DNA of 63,023 nt, filler included, from Licmophora abbreviata (lineage: Eukaryota): NCBI GenBank assembly GCA_900291995.1. It is 14 parts of 14 records of this genome, joined end to end, with 100 filler letters (N's around TTAATTAATTAA, not from the genome) between each part and the next. Parts side by side here need not be neighbours in the genome. Positions count along the whole stretch, not along the records: positions 45,057 to 51,820 come from OLMU01004822.1; positions 51,921 to 53,573 come from OLMU01004823.1; positions 53,674 to 58,033 come from OLMU01004824.1; 11 more parts are not named here. One strand, given 5' to 3'. The translations under genes and the position numbers were made by a program. Positions within the stretch are counted from its first letter, which is position 1, and each line of letters opens with the position of its first letter. This document shows, in pieces, positions 47,003-57,690 of this stretch. Below the pieces are notes generated by a model. That model worked only from the letters and a program-made list of their open reading frames with translations. It did not search any database and was not told the origin of the DNA.

Positions 47003-48508
47003 CTACTCCACCTTTGTGGCAGCCAGCATGGTTCCCACTGTTTTCAGAGTGACAAAGTACTCGACTTTGCCTTCGTCCACGACAGTCCATTCGTAGTTGC
47101 TACACAGCTCAGCGAGAATGACACTCAGTTCGGCATTCGCAAGAGACTGACCCTGACAGTTGCGCCGCCCGGCTGCAAAGCCCAGAAACGCCTTGAGCTG
47201 TTCCTCCGAGGCATTCTCCCAACGCTGCGGTAGAAACTCATCGGGCCGTTCGTACACGCGTTCGTCACGATGAATGCAAAAGAAGGGCATGTCCACTATT
47301 GTTCCAGCCGGTATGTAATAGTTGGTATCGGGTACCATGATATCGGTTCCTGTCTGACGCAAGGACCCCAACGCGGCGGTCGGGTGCAGACGCATGCTTT
47401 CTTTCACAACATGTTTGAGGGCGGAAGATTGTCGGCGTTCTACGGAAGACTGACACCGCCGTAGCTGAGTGCGTAGTTTTGTTTGCACCTCGGGATTCCG
47501 TGCAAGCTCCAACAGAGTCCACGAGATCGTGTACGAGACAGTGTCATAGCCACCCACCAAGAAGGCAATCATATCGGAAATGCGTTCATAGTCACTCCGA
47601 TACTCGGGATCGTCATGAATCAAGGAAAGAATAGTGTTGGGGTTTCTGCTGCTGGTTTCATCATCGTCACTTCGCAAGTTCCGATGCTCTTCCATCATGG
47701 TACGACAGATGCGTCTCAGCTGACTCGATGCAGAGCGCGCCTGGCGCACGCCTTGGAACATCCATCCAAACAAGGCAGTATCTCGCAATGGGTTTTTGGG
47801 AGTATGCACCGCAAACTCTTGGTAGCAAGTCTTGAGTGATTCGAGAATGTTGTCTCGCTCCTGCGTGGAAAAATCGTAGTCAAACGCGACCTTGCCTATG
47901 GCCTGCACAGTAACACGTTGCAGCTCTTCTGAAATGTCGACTGGAATATCTCCATCGATCAAAGGAACCAATACAGTCTTGATCCACTCCTTCAACACTT
48001 GTTCAATACATTCCACCATTCGTGTGACATGCTGCGCTGCAAACGCAGGAGACGTGCTTTTCCTAGCGTGCTTGTAGCGATGGCCCTCTGAGCTGAAGAA
48101 GGTGTCTCCGCCTGTGACGAGATCGAAAAAGCGGTAACCCTTCCTCCACTTTGTAGAGGCCGGGTCCTCCAAGATGAGTCGCGCCGTCTTGTAGTCCGCG
48201 CAGATGACAAAAGAGGGTGGGAGAGGCAGCCGTAGGACAGGCTGTTTCATGCTCCTCACGATTTCCAAAAAGAAAAAGGGGGCCTGAAAACTAAACAGGC
48301 CAGCGGCTACCTCGAACGTCGATAACGTCGTCATTGGAGGTAGCTCCCGACCACCATGGGCTGAAACAAGAGATTTCTTCTTCTTGGATGAGGAAAAGTA
48401 CATGATACTCGCGGAAACTGCAGTCGTTACAAGCGCCGTCACGCACCAGCCGAGGAGGGGCTGATGGTCCGTGAGAAAGGAGGGCATTTGAGGCAGCGCC
48501 AGCATCAT
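47003..48508 (-). CDS. Cytochrome P450
   Basis: N-terminal anchor, I-helix GGYDT, ExxR (ESMR), PQRW and heme motif FAAGRRNCQG. Confidence 0.95.
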   Translation of the reverse strand: MMLALPQMPSFLTDHQPLLGWCVTALVTTAVSASIMYFSSSKKKKSLVSAHGGRELPPMTTLSTFEVAAGLFSFQAPFFFLEIVRSMKQPVLRLPLPPSFVICADYKTARLILEDPASTKWRKGYRFFDLVTGGDTFFSSEGHRYKHARKSTSPAFAAQHVTRMVECIEQVLKEWIKTVLVPLIDGDIPVDISEELQRVTVQAIGKVAFDYDFSTQERDNILESLKTCYQEFAVHTPKNPLRDTALFGWMFQGVRQARSASSQLRRICRTMMEEHRNLRSDDDETSSRNPNTILSLIHDDPEYRSDYERISDMIAFLVGGYDTVSYTISWTLLELARNPEVQTKLRTQLRRCQSSVERRQSSALKHVVKESMRLHPTAALGSLRQTGTDIMVPDTNYYIPAGTIVDMPFFCIHRDERVYERPDEFLPQRWENASEEQLKAFLGFAAGRRNCQGQSLANAELSVILAELCSNYEWTVVDEGKVEYFVTLKTVGTMLAATKVE

Positions 48509-48888
48509 CGTCAAGCTGGCAAGGTGCTAGTCTTAACTATTATGCAGGAGAAATCGAGGGTTCACATAATCATCATGGTCTTGTGTTTCAATGTGGTCTT
48601 GAACACACGCAAAGAGTACCGGTGTACCAGTACACGTCACGTCTCCTGCGCGCCAACAAGTCGAGTGGGTCGAGTCAAGCTTGTAAAACGTCAAAACGGA
48701 TGGCATCTAAACACTTGTCTTCACGGTGATACTCCGCTGTCGACAAAGAAAATGCTGCTTGTGCACGCGGTTGCAAAATTGCAATGCAGTCGTGCTCTGT
48801 CTCAACGCCGTTTTCCACAGCACACTCACACTTTTTGCATGAGTGGACGAGTAAAAGAGAGAGCCGACCATAGACTATCACACGTATA

Positions 48889-49743
48889 ATGCTCGCCACA
48901 ACAACGTCCGAGACCGTCATCATCATCGATGCCAACAAGAACAAGGAGGATTCCAGGAGATTTTCGCTGACTCCTTGGGAACGAGAAAATGTCATCCGAC
49001 TGAAGAAGGCCTGCGACGAACGCACTGTTCACTACAAGTCTATCTTTGAGCTTGCCAAGTATGTGCTGGTGACAAAATCAGTGGCCAAGGACAGTGACAA
49101 GAACGCCGACAAGAAACGACTCAACGAAGCTCTCAAGCGAATGCAGAGACTACGGGCAATGGAAAAGTCCATGGGTCTTGATGCAATCGATCCAGTAGCC
49201 GCCGTGGAGGCAGTCCAGCACCACGCTCCAGGATTTTTCGTAAGTTGTTACAAACAAGACAAGGAGGGACGCAGAGTCGTGGCTCACTGCTACGAATATG
49301 CACCTTGGGACTTTGTGGACGCCAACTGCTCCGTATTCCTCGCCGCCGAGTTGCATCGGATGGACCTCGGCGCGGCTGACATGGAGGAGGCACGTCGTGG
49401 CGTGGCTGTCGTGGCCATGGCTGATCAAAGGATGACCATGGCGAAAGCCATTCGCTACGGGAAAATGGTACTCAAAGTAAAAGAGTACCTTTCGGACAGC
49501 ATGCACACTACCAGAATTCGAAAGATATACTCTCAGGTTCCTTCGATCCTGTCGCACCTCATCAATCCAGCCAAGAAGGTTCTTCCGAAGAAAATCGCCG
49601 ACAGAATCGTCGTCGTTTCCAAAAGAGCCGAGTTGGAAAAGTACATTGTCAAGGAGGACTTCAGTATGGAGCAGTCGTTGCGAGACTGGATGGTCGAGCG
49701 TCATGCTGTTTACAATGAAACAATCGAGAAGTTGACACTCTAG
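48889..49743 (+). CDS. Divergent CRAL-TRIO (Sec14)-like protein, paralog A
   Basis: Strong similarity to 55515-56315. DKEGRRV and RIRKIYSQVPSILSHLINPAKKVLPKKIADRI resemble CRAL-TRIO elements; the family call is an inference. Confidence 0.65.
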   Translation: MLATTTSETVIIIDANKNKEDSRRFSLTPWERENVIRLKKACDERTVHYKSIFELAKYVLVTKSVAKDSDKNADKKRLNEALKRMQRLRAMEKSMGLDAIDPVAAVEAVQHHAPGFFVSCYKQDKEGRRVVAHCYEYAPWDFVDANCSVFLAAELHRMDLGAADMEEARRGVAVVAMADQRMTMAKAIRYGKMVLKVKEYLSDSMHTTRIRKIYSQVPSILSHLINPAKKVLPKKIADRIVVVSKRAELEKYIVKEDFSMEQSLRDWMVERHAVYNETIEKLTL

Positions 49744-50112
49744 CTAGCTAGCTGGAGTTCTGCTCATAGATATGATGCATCATCTTTGTTTTGTTTAGAT
49801 CTATACAAAGGAACGAAAGGCGTGCTACTAGGACTGCCATCCTGGATTGACCACGCTGATGAAGTGTTCGTCCCTGAATCTGTATCCATCGGCATCCCGG
49901 CATCCCTGTTGCAGTCCGATAGAGCTCGAGAACGGGAGCTCGCTCTCAATCAACGCGTCGCATTCTTGTATCGGCGTCGCCATGACGGCGGAAGCAAAAC
50001 ACAAAATACACATTATCAGCAGTCTCGTTTCCGTTCGTTTGGTTTGGGCTAGTAGACAACAGTAGATCATCTGTGCACCACTTGACTACTCGAACTGCAG
50101 TCCTAAATCATC

Positions 50113-50893
50113 ATGTCGAATGACAACGGCAACGACGCCTCCCCGAGATCCTATGAACTGCTGGAAAAGTACTTGGGTCGGCCCGTGACTCTCGAGGAGC
50201 GTGAGCAGTACGAGCAGGCCGAGGAGTCTCAGAAAACATTTCTGCCGCCATCTTGTCAGCCTCATTACTTTCCGACGGTGGAATGCGAACATGTCGTGAG
50301 ATCATTGGCGGTGAGTGTCAAGGAGAAAACTTATCTAAAATGACATGAGCTCTTTCGTATATGTCACTCCCCTTTTTCTCGTTCTCTGTTGTCACTAGAA
50401 AGGAAACATTGATCCAGCCGATCGTTCACGCTGTTTGGATCTACATGCCATCTTTCTCGGTTGCGTCGCCGAGCATATCGAGAGTGGAGAGTATCAGAGT
50501 GACCACCCCAAGTGGCAACAGTGGGTACAGCAACATCACAGCATGAAGGAGCGTATGGAAAGTTTGCAAAAGAGACAGATGGAATTGCAAAAAAACATGA
50601 GAGAGCTTCCTTTGGAACAAAAGATAGAGGGACTCAAGCGTATGGGCATGACGGACGAAGAGGCAGCCAAAATGGCACCCAAGTTTGGAGTGCGCAAGAT
50701 GGAGGATGACATGAACAAGGCAAGTACGTCGCCCGTGGACGAGTTGCGGCGAAAGTACAGAGAGGCTGCGGACAAGAGTGGTGGAGGCAGCGTTGCTACT
50801 GCAACAAGATTCTCGACGACGGACCGCGGAATGGGTGGCATCTCGACAGAGAAGTCTAGTGCGACCGAGAAGCCATGGTGGAAAGTCTGGTAG
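50113..50893 (+). CDS. Twin CX9C protein A; intron 50311-50398
   Basis: Spliced product has C-QPHYFPTVE-C and C-LDLHAIFLG-C, then a coiled coil and terminal KPWWKVW; GTGAGT..CTAG intron in phase 0. Confidence 0.75.
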
Positions 50894-51084
50894 TCTCTCT
50901 AGGCAATCATGCGGTATACCAGTAGCTACTTGAACGAACGAAATCTCAAGACTAATGTGAACGACACCATTGCTGTGCAGTGTAAAAACGATCGATACCT
51001 TTCTTTCCGTCTTACAATTTTATGCCGTAGCTACCTTCGTTACATGTTGAATGTGCACGTACGATCTCGGGCAGTCCAGAAGTT

Positions 51085-51776
51085 CTAATGACGACGTCCA
51101 GTCGAGGCAGTGTGCTGTCCACGGACACGGATGCCCCACCAATGACGCAGACCACGATGCGCCCGAATCTTCTTGAGACGCTCAATATCCTCACGCAGCT
51201 TGGCATCCATTGACTGGGCAAAGACCTGGGAATACTTGCCCGTCTTGAAATCCTTTTGTCGATTCAAGAACCAAAGCGGAATCTTGAATTGACGAGGATT
51301 TTGAATAATGGCCACAAGTTTTTCAATTTCATCTGCTGTCAGTTCACCAGCACGCTTGTTGACATCCACCTCGGCCTTTTTGCAAATCAAGTCGGCAAAG
51401 CGTCTTCCGAGACCCTTGATCTTGGTCAATCCAAAGACGACATTGCGCTGGCCCTCCACGTTCGTGTTGAGAATACGCAAAATATGCTGGAACTCGGGTC
51501 CTTGCATCAAAGCAGTCGACCTGAGGGACAGAGTGTAGGAGAGGAAATCGCTGTGTGAGAAATTGGGGACGACAATTGAGACAGCCGTCCTCCTCCTGAT
51601 TGCAACACGCCTAATGATGGCAAAGGCAGTTTCGATCGAGAAACCCGGAAAGACCTGAACGGCCATGTCGACGCTGCTGTTTCGCTTTCTTCTTTCAGTC
51701 TTCTTCGCTCATTCTGTCTATCCATCACGTTCCCATCAGGCCCCCACCACCCTGTTGCGGTCGTTGAAACTCACAT
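51085..51776 (-). CDS. RPS18: 40S ribosomal protein S18 (uS13); intron 51521-51774 splits the start codon (AT|G)
   Basis: [25 protein letters not shown] and [29 protein letters not shown]...CCCTCAG|GTCG gives [11 protein letters not shown]. Confidence 0.95.
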
Positions 51777-52020
51777 GGTGGCGTTTTCTTTCCTCTCGAT
51801 TGGATCAACAGCAACAGGCGNNNNNNNNNNNNNNNNNNNNNNNNNNNNNNNNNNNNNNNNNNNNTTAATTAATTAANNNNNNNNNNNNNNNNNNNNNNNN
51901 NNNNNNNNNNNNNNNNNNNNTGCGTAGCTACTTGGTTAGCTATGAAACTTACGATATGAAGGCGAGACCGTTCCACGAACGATTCAACAAGCACCACAAT
52001 TCTTGACACGCATGCATGCA

Positions 52021-53339
52021 CTACCGTCGTTTAGTAGACAGAGAGTCAAGATAGCTCCCGCTCGAACTGCCACTTTTCTTGGGTGCACTTCCTGGTGACT
52101 TAGGCTTGTTTCCGCCCTTGCTCTCACGTTCCTTGGACGCTGTCTGCAACGGACGCACTAGGGCATAGACGAAGCCAGAAGCGAAGCCAAGCCCGCTGTG
52201 GCAGCCTCTGCCACTTGCAAATTGGATATGTCATATACGAATGGCTCGTCTCGTATTTGCGGGATTTGAAGGTTGACAGAATAGCGTGTGTCGTCCATGA
52301 TTTCGATCGCGTCCACAAGTGGCTTGACAGCATCGGCAATGGGTTTGGGGGAGTCGGTCACAACGCGATTCATAGCTTGCTTCTTAAGGTCTTGCAACGA
52401 CGAGATTACTCCTTGCACTTGAGGCGAGTTTGTGGCATCTGTTGCCTTTTCCGTAGCTTCCTTTCCAATCTGTCCTTTCGGAACTTCGGCAGCAGATTTC
52501 ACTTCGGCAGCCATTTTTTCGACAGATTCTGCCGCCTGTTTGACTTTGTCCACCGACTCAGACTTGATGATGCCCAAAACTTCCTTCGCCGCGTCTAGCA
52601 TATCTTCGGTCTTTGGGACTTCATCACTCTTGTCGACCTGAGCCGTCGCTTTCTCGACGACTGTAGTACCCGGTAGTGGCTTGTTGGGAGTTACGGGCGC
52701 ATCTCCCGGAGAGAGGATTTCCTTGGTCTCGCCTTGTTGCACCGTTGCGACGCCATTCTTTGGAGGAGTGTTCACTGTTGTTTTTTCGCCATTTCCTGCT
52801 TCATCTTTATCCAGCATGGTACTCACATGATCACCTGCCGTCTCTTCCGCCTTTTCAACCGCAGAAGGCTTAACTTCTTCCTCCTTGATCGGTTCGGCTG
52901 CTGGTGTACCTTCCTTTGCTACTTGCGTCGGATCCAAGTGCAATTCCTTGTTTTTCACTTGGCTGGTTATCTTTTCTGCAGCATCGCTTCCTTTTCCATC
53001 GGCGCCGGGCGATGCTGGTGGTGCCTCAGTGACAGTGTTCACTACGACTGATGACGGCACTGGTGGCTCGACCGCGTGGCTCACTACAACAGTCGGAGGA
53101 GAAAAGGCCATAGAGACGACCAAGACGCTGGATACGACAAACTGGTGTGCCTGATAGTTCTGGAAAAAGTTTTGGACACCATCATGAAAGGTGCTGCTGA
53201 TAGGGTGATGGCTGGTACGAGGATGATGTGTACTCCAGGCTTCAGTGGCGACGATGATGCTACAGGATGCCACCACAAGAAGACCTACAATGGCAGTACG
53301 GCATTCCGACGTCGATACGCAGTACTTGCACTTGCTCAT
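52021..53339 (-). CDS. Hypothetical, probably thylakoid-targeted acidic low-complexity protein with a C-terminal TM; probable frameshift near 52193
   Basis: Signal TEA|W, second hydrophobic domain ending SHA|VE, long P/E/K/A-rich region. One added G gives GLGFASGFVYALVRP...GSYLDSLSTKRR*; as written the stop is at 52158. Confidence 0.6.
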
Positions 53340-53673
53340 GCTCGAGGTGGTGAAAGAGCTTGCTCTGTGCGTATAATAGTGAACAAAGACACACAGATCC
53401 TTCGGATCTTCATGGAATATCTTTGCTACAGAAGTTTGAAAGTTCTCTCGTTCGTCACTATTTCAAGTGCAGACGGGACTCGTGACTGGACTCGGGTTTG
53501 ACTGCGGGACTTGATCCCGGGACTGACAAAAGGTTATGGGTGAAAAGTAGCGTGCTCACAGCCGCACGTTTGANNNNNNNNNNNNNNNNNNNNNNNNNNN
53601 NNNNNNNNNNNNNNNNNTTAATTAATTAANNNNNNNNNNNNNNNNNNNNNNNNNNNNNNNNNNNNNNNNNNNN

Positions 53674-55368
53674 AATACAGTCTATGATGTAAAGAGAATT
53701 TTGGGACGTTCCTTTCATGACCAAGTGGTGCAAGAAGAAATGAAACACTTTCCCTTCCAAATTGTAGAAGGATCTTATGGAGAGCCCAAAATTAAGATTG
53801 ACTATAAGGATTCTACGAAACTTTTCAATCCGGAACAGATCAGTGCCTTTGTGCTGTCTGAGTTGAAGTTGGCGGCCGAGCAACACCTGCAGTGTAACAT
53901 CACAGATGCTGTCATTACGGTGCCGGCCCATTTCAATAATCAACAGAGGCAGGCTACGAAGGATGCGGGACGAATCGCAGGGTTGGACGTCCGACGTATC
54001 ATTAACGAACCGACTGCCGCTGCACTGGCGTATGGACTTCATGACAGTGTGAAAAGTCAGGGTACTTCTACTGCAAACGGCGACGAGGACGCACCATCCA
54101 GCAACAGCAATTTGCTTGTGTTTGATTGTGGTGGAGGCACCTTCGATGTTACGTGTTTGAGTCTGAACGATGGTGTACTGGAAGTCAAGTCGACGGGCGG
54201 TGATACACATCTTGGTGGAGAAGACTTTGATCAGAATGTGCTGACATGGTGTGTTGAGCAACTCGAGCAGTCGCAAGGCATGGACTTTACGTCAAAGCTT
54301 CGACAGTCCAATCGCGCCATGGCACGATTGAAGAAAGTTGTCGAGTCGGCCAAGCAAACTTTGTCGACGACTCAGTCTGTGGATATCGAAGTCGATTCTC
54401 TCTTGAACGGTGTGGACTTCAATGCGACTCTGACGCGCAGCACGTTTGAAGACCTTAATAGCGATTTGTTCCAACGGTGTCTGGATACCGTCAAGTCTGT
54501 TTTGGTGGATGCCGGTGTCACCCTGGATGAAGTGTCGGATGTAGTCCTGGTGGGCGGGTCAACGCGCGTTCCATTCCTACAGTCGTCCTTGTACGATATG
54601 TTTGGTGGGCGCATTGAATTGTGCAAATCGGTACATCCCGATGAAGCTGTGGCGGTCGGTGCTGCGGTACAGGGACACATTCTTGTCACGGGAGGGACTG
54701 GTGGAGGCAAGGACTTGATCACCACTACTGACTTGCTCTTGTTGGATGTCACTCCGCTGTCACTCGGCATTGAACTGGAGGGACGAATCATGTCGACACT
54801 GATCAAACGCAACACGGCGATTCCATGCAAAAAGACACGCACGTACACGACTGTGGATGATTGGCAAACGTCAATTGATGTGGTTGTCTTTGAGGGTGAA
54901 CGGCAGAGTGTGGACGCCAACAACAAGCTTGGCTCGTTCGTCATAAGTGGAGTGGAAAGGGCTCGTGCCGGCGAACCCAAAGTTGATGTGTCGTTTGCGC
55001 TGGATGCCAATGGCATTTTGAGTGTTTCAGCGCGGGATCAAGTCACTGGTGCAGAAGCCAAGGCTACCATCAAGGCAGAGAAGGGACGTCTCAGCCCCGA
55101 AGAAGTGGATCGAATGATTGAGGAAGCGGAGCAGTACCGGGCGGAGGACGCAGAGTATGCGTCCAAGATGTCGTACAAGACTGCGTTGGAAGAAGCACTG
55201 TTTACAGCGCAGTCCAAGGCTATCGAAGAGAGTGACATTAAAGAGCTTGAAGAAATGATGGACTGGATTGAGCTTGATAGTGATTCGGCAACGCTTGAGG
55301 ACATGAAGGGACGGGGCGGCGTTCTTGAAGAAAAGTTCGGCGTTGTGGTTGCGTCGATGTCGACGTGA
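53674..55368 (+). CDS. HSP70: Hsp70-family chaperone, 5' end in gap, short atypical C-terminus
   Basis: AVITVPAHFN, RIINEPTAAALAYG, FDCGGGTFDV, VLVGGSTRVP and LLLDVTPLSLGIE. Confidence 0.93.
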   Translation, partial: NTVYDVKRILGRSFHDQVVQEEMKHFPFQIVEGSYGEPKIKIDYKDSTKLFNPEQISAFVLSELKLAAEQHLQCNITDAVITVPAHFNNQQRQATKDAGRIAGLDVRRIINEPTAAALAYGLHDSVKSQGTSTANGDEDAPSSNSNLLVFDCGGGTFDVTCLSLNDGVLEVKSTGGDTHLGGEDFDQNVLTWCVEQLEQSQGMDFTSKLRQSNRAMARLKKVVESAKQTLSTTQSVDIEVDSLLNGVDFNATLTRSTFEDLNSDLFQRCLDTVKSVLVDAGVTLDEVSDVVLVGGSTRVPFLQSSLYDMFGGRIELCKSVHPDEAVAVGAAVQGHILVTGGTGGGKDLITTTDLLLLDVTPLSLGIELEGRIMSTLIKRNTAIPCKKTRTYTTVDDWQTSIDVVVFEGERQSVDANNKLGSFVISGVERARAGEPKVDVSFALDANGILSVSARDQVTGAEAKATIKAEKGRLSPEEVDRMIEEAEQYRAEDAEYASKMSYKTALEEALFTAQSKAIEESDIKELEEMMDWIELDSDSATLEDMKGRGGVLEEKFGVVVASMST

Positions 55369-55514
55369 TGAGTTATGTAAGGTCGGTAGATAGATAGAAA
55401 CTAGTCCTATCTGGTACAGACAGAGGTACCGTATGAAAACTGAGACTATTACTTGAACAATAATATGTACATGGTGTTCAGAATGGAACACAACGGCGCC
55501 ATGGGCTATCTACT

Positions 55515-56315
55515 CTACAGTCTCAGTTTCACAACGGTTTGGTTGTAGACAATGCGGCGTTCTGCCATCCAGTCACGCAGTGACATTCCCTTCTCTTCCC
55601 TCACAAGATACTTATCCAGATCTGATACTCTGGAAAAAATCTTGATTCGATTTGCAATCTTGTTCGGCAGTATCGCCTTGGCGGGCTTGATGAGGTGCGA
55701 GAGCATCATGGGCACTTGCGAGTAGATTTGGCGGACTCGACTCGCGTGCATGTCTGACATGTAGTCCTTTGTCCGAGAGACCATTCGTAAGTAGCGTATC
55801 GCTTTGGATAGAGTCATTCTCTTGTCGGCCAGTGTCACTACAGCCATACCACGTCGCGCCTCCTCCATATCGGCGGCGCCCAGTTCCATACGATACAACT
55901 CGGCTGCCAAGAACTTGGCGCAATTAGCCTCGCTCTCATAGATAAAGTCCGTGGGCGGGTAGTCATAGCAGTGTGCGATCACCTTACGTCCCTCCTCGTC
56001 TTGTGAAAAGTGGTTGACAAAGAATCCTGGGGCCTCTCTCTCGACTTCTTCCGCCGCATCCAGCGGGTCGATCATGTCTAGCCGCATGGTTTGTTCCATG
56101 GCCCGAAGTTTCTGAAGTCTCTTCAGAGCGGCATTAAGTCGTTTCTTGTCGGCCATCTTATCTCTGTCCTTGGCCGCTGATTTTGTAACCAACACATACT
56201 TGGCAAGTTCAAAGATGGATTTGTAGTGGACGCCCTGTTCGTCGCATGCCTGCTTCAGACGGACGACGTTCTCCCGTTCCCAAGGGGTCAGCGAAAACCT
56301 CGAACCAGCGACCAT
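55515..56315 (-). CDS. Divergent CRAL-TRIO-like protein, paralog B
   Basis: Shares RFSLTPWERENV.RLK.ACDE..VHYKSIFELAKYVLVTKS and LGAADMEEARRG with 48889-49743. The start is uncertain. Confidence 0.7.
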   Translation of the reverse strand: MVAGSRFSLTPWERENVVRLKQACDEQGVHYKSIFELAKYVLVTKSAAKDRDKMADKKRLNAALKRLQKLRAMEQTMRLDMIDPLDAAEEVEREAPGFFVNHFSQDEEGRKVIAHCYDYPPTDFIYESEANCAKFLAAELYRMELGAADMEEARRGMAVVTLADKRMTLSKAIRYLRMVSRTKDYMSDMHASRVRQIYSQVPMMLSHLIKPAKAILPNKIANRIKIFSRVSDLDKYLVREEKGMSLRDWMAERRIVYNQTVVKLRL

Positions 56316-56851
56316 GATGAGGGCTATTCTTGCTTTCGATCTTTTGGGCACGATCGATGCGAGTTTGGGCTCCCAACGCTTGCTTGTTGATGGCAACCAT
56401 TTGGATTGTTGTCATTCGTCGTCGATGCGTCAGCGGCGAGTAAATTGTGATCGTGAGTCAGCAACAGACTTCCTCCGCGCCCGCGCGGACTCGAATTGTA
56501 CTATTTGTTCCATAGTAAAATCTGGAATCGTCCATTATATCTTCAGTAGCATTCATAAAGTAATATAGTGAATTCTGCCATGACAGAATGTCAGTGGCGA
56601 GAACGCGAGGGGAGCGAAGTGCGGTCACGGTCACGGTCACACGTGTCACAACTCCATATTAGTATAGCCGTAGGCGAGACGTTTCTGCGGTGGGCTGGCC
56701 AGTACCGTTATCGCTATCATTCGAATAGAGAAGAAAGCATAGGATAATCAATTCTAGAGAGCTCTGGACCAAGCAAGTATTTTAGTTCAGTCAACGCCAC
56801 TTCCGATAACGTTGTCTTTTCCATGTCCGTGCGCCCTAGTAGGAGAGGAGC

Positions 56852-57571
56852 CTAGGAGATATCGGTAGGTGGACGAGTGACACCGCCTTCCGACGTCACC
56901 TGCTCTCTCTGTAACGCTTCCTCGTATTCGTTTTTAAGGTCCTGCATGGGCGTGGGAAGCTGCGAATAGGGCGTGGCCCAGAGATGATGTAGGACTGGCG
57001 CGAACTTGCTCGCTACGTGTTTGGGGATTCCATTTTGAATCAGAGCCACGCGTTTGAGAGGCAACGCAAGCTCTTTGACCTCTTGAACTTGCTGCTCCTC
57101 GTATCTCTGTATGTGCTCCCATTGTTTACTTCGATGTTTCAAGTCGTCATTGCAATGCCGTTTGAAAACATTCTGTGGCGAGACAGTGTCGTTATCCATG
57201 TGCTGGAGGATACAACCTTGAAATAGGATTTGGGCGTCACGGCACTTCGTCATATCCGCTTGTGATAATACTTCCTTTCATTTAATGACATGGCAAGAGA
57301 AAATGTGAGAAATGAGAGGAAAGATATCCATGTCTGCAATTTCACACCCACCACGTACCCCCGGCGCAGAAGAGGAAGCGATAGCACAGTCAACACAGGC
57401 AGTCCATCGATGAAGGCATGTGTCGGATATTTCATCCCGAAGCAATTGACTCAGGTCAAAATGATTCTGCGCTTCATTCCCCCATGGGAATGGAACGTAC
57501 TTGGCAGTCATCGGATAGTTTTCCTTGGTAAACTTTGACTCGTTACTCTTGTTGGGAGTAGCACTCGACAT
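56852..57571 (-). CDS. Twin CX9C protein B; intron 57275-57358
   Basis: Spliced product has C-LHRWTACVD-C and C-RDAQILFQG-C; GTACGT..GAAAG phase-0 intron joins the two ORFs in frame. Confidence 0.7.
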
Positions 57572-57690
57572 GGATTCCTGGTGGTGGTGGGGAAGAAGGA
57601 TCTGTACTTTCGTCGTCACAGGGTGCTATTAGAGCTCGTTGGAGAGACACGAGTTTCACAGTAGCAGTGCAAAGAAAAATGGAAATGAAG

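Noticed and set aside
51507..51666. 48-aa N-terminal extension on RPS18 in the ORF track
   Set aside because: It lies within the predicted intron, which ends in a polypyrimidine tract and CAG at 51521.
56624..56650. GTCAC(G) repeats upstream of CRAL-TRIO-like paralog B
   Set aside because: Could be factor-binding sites, but too short to support without comparative data.
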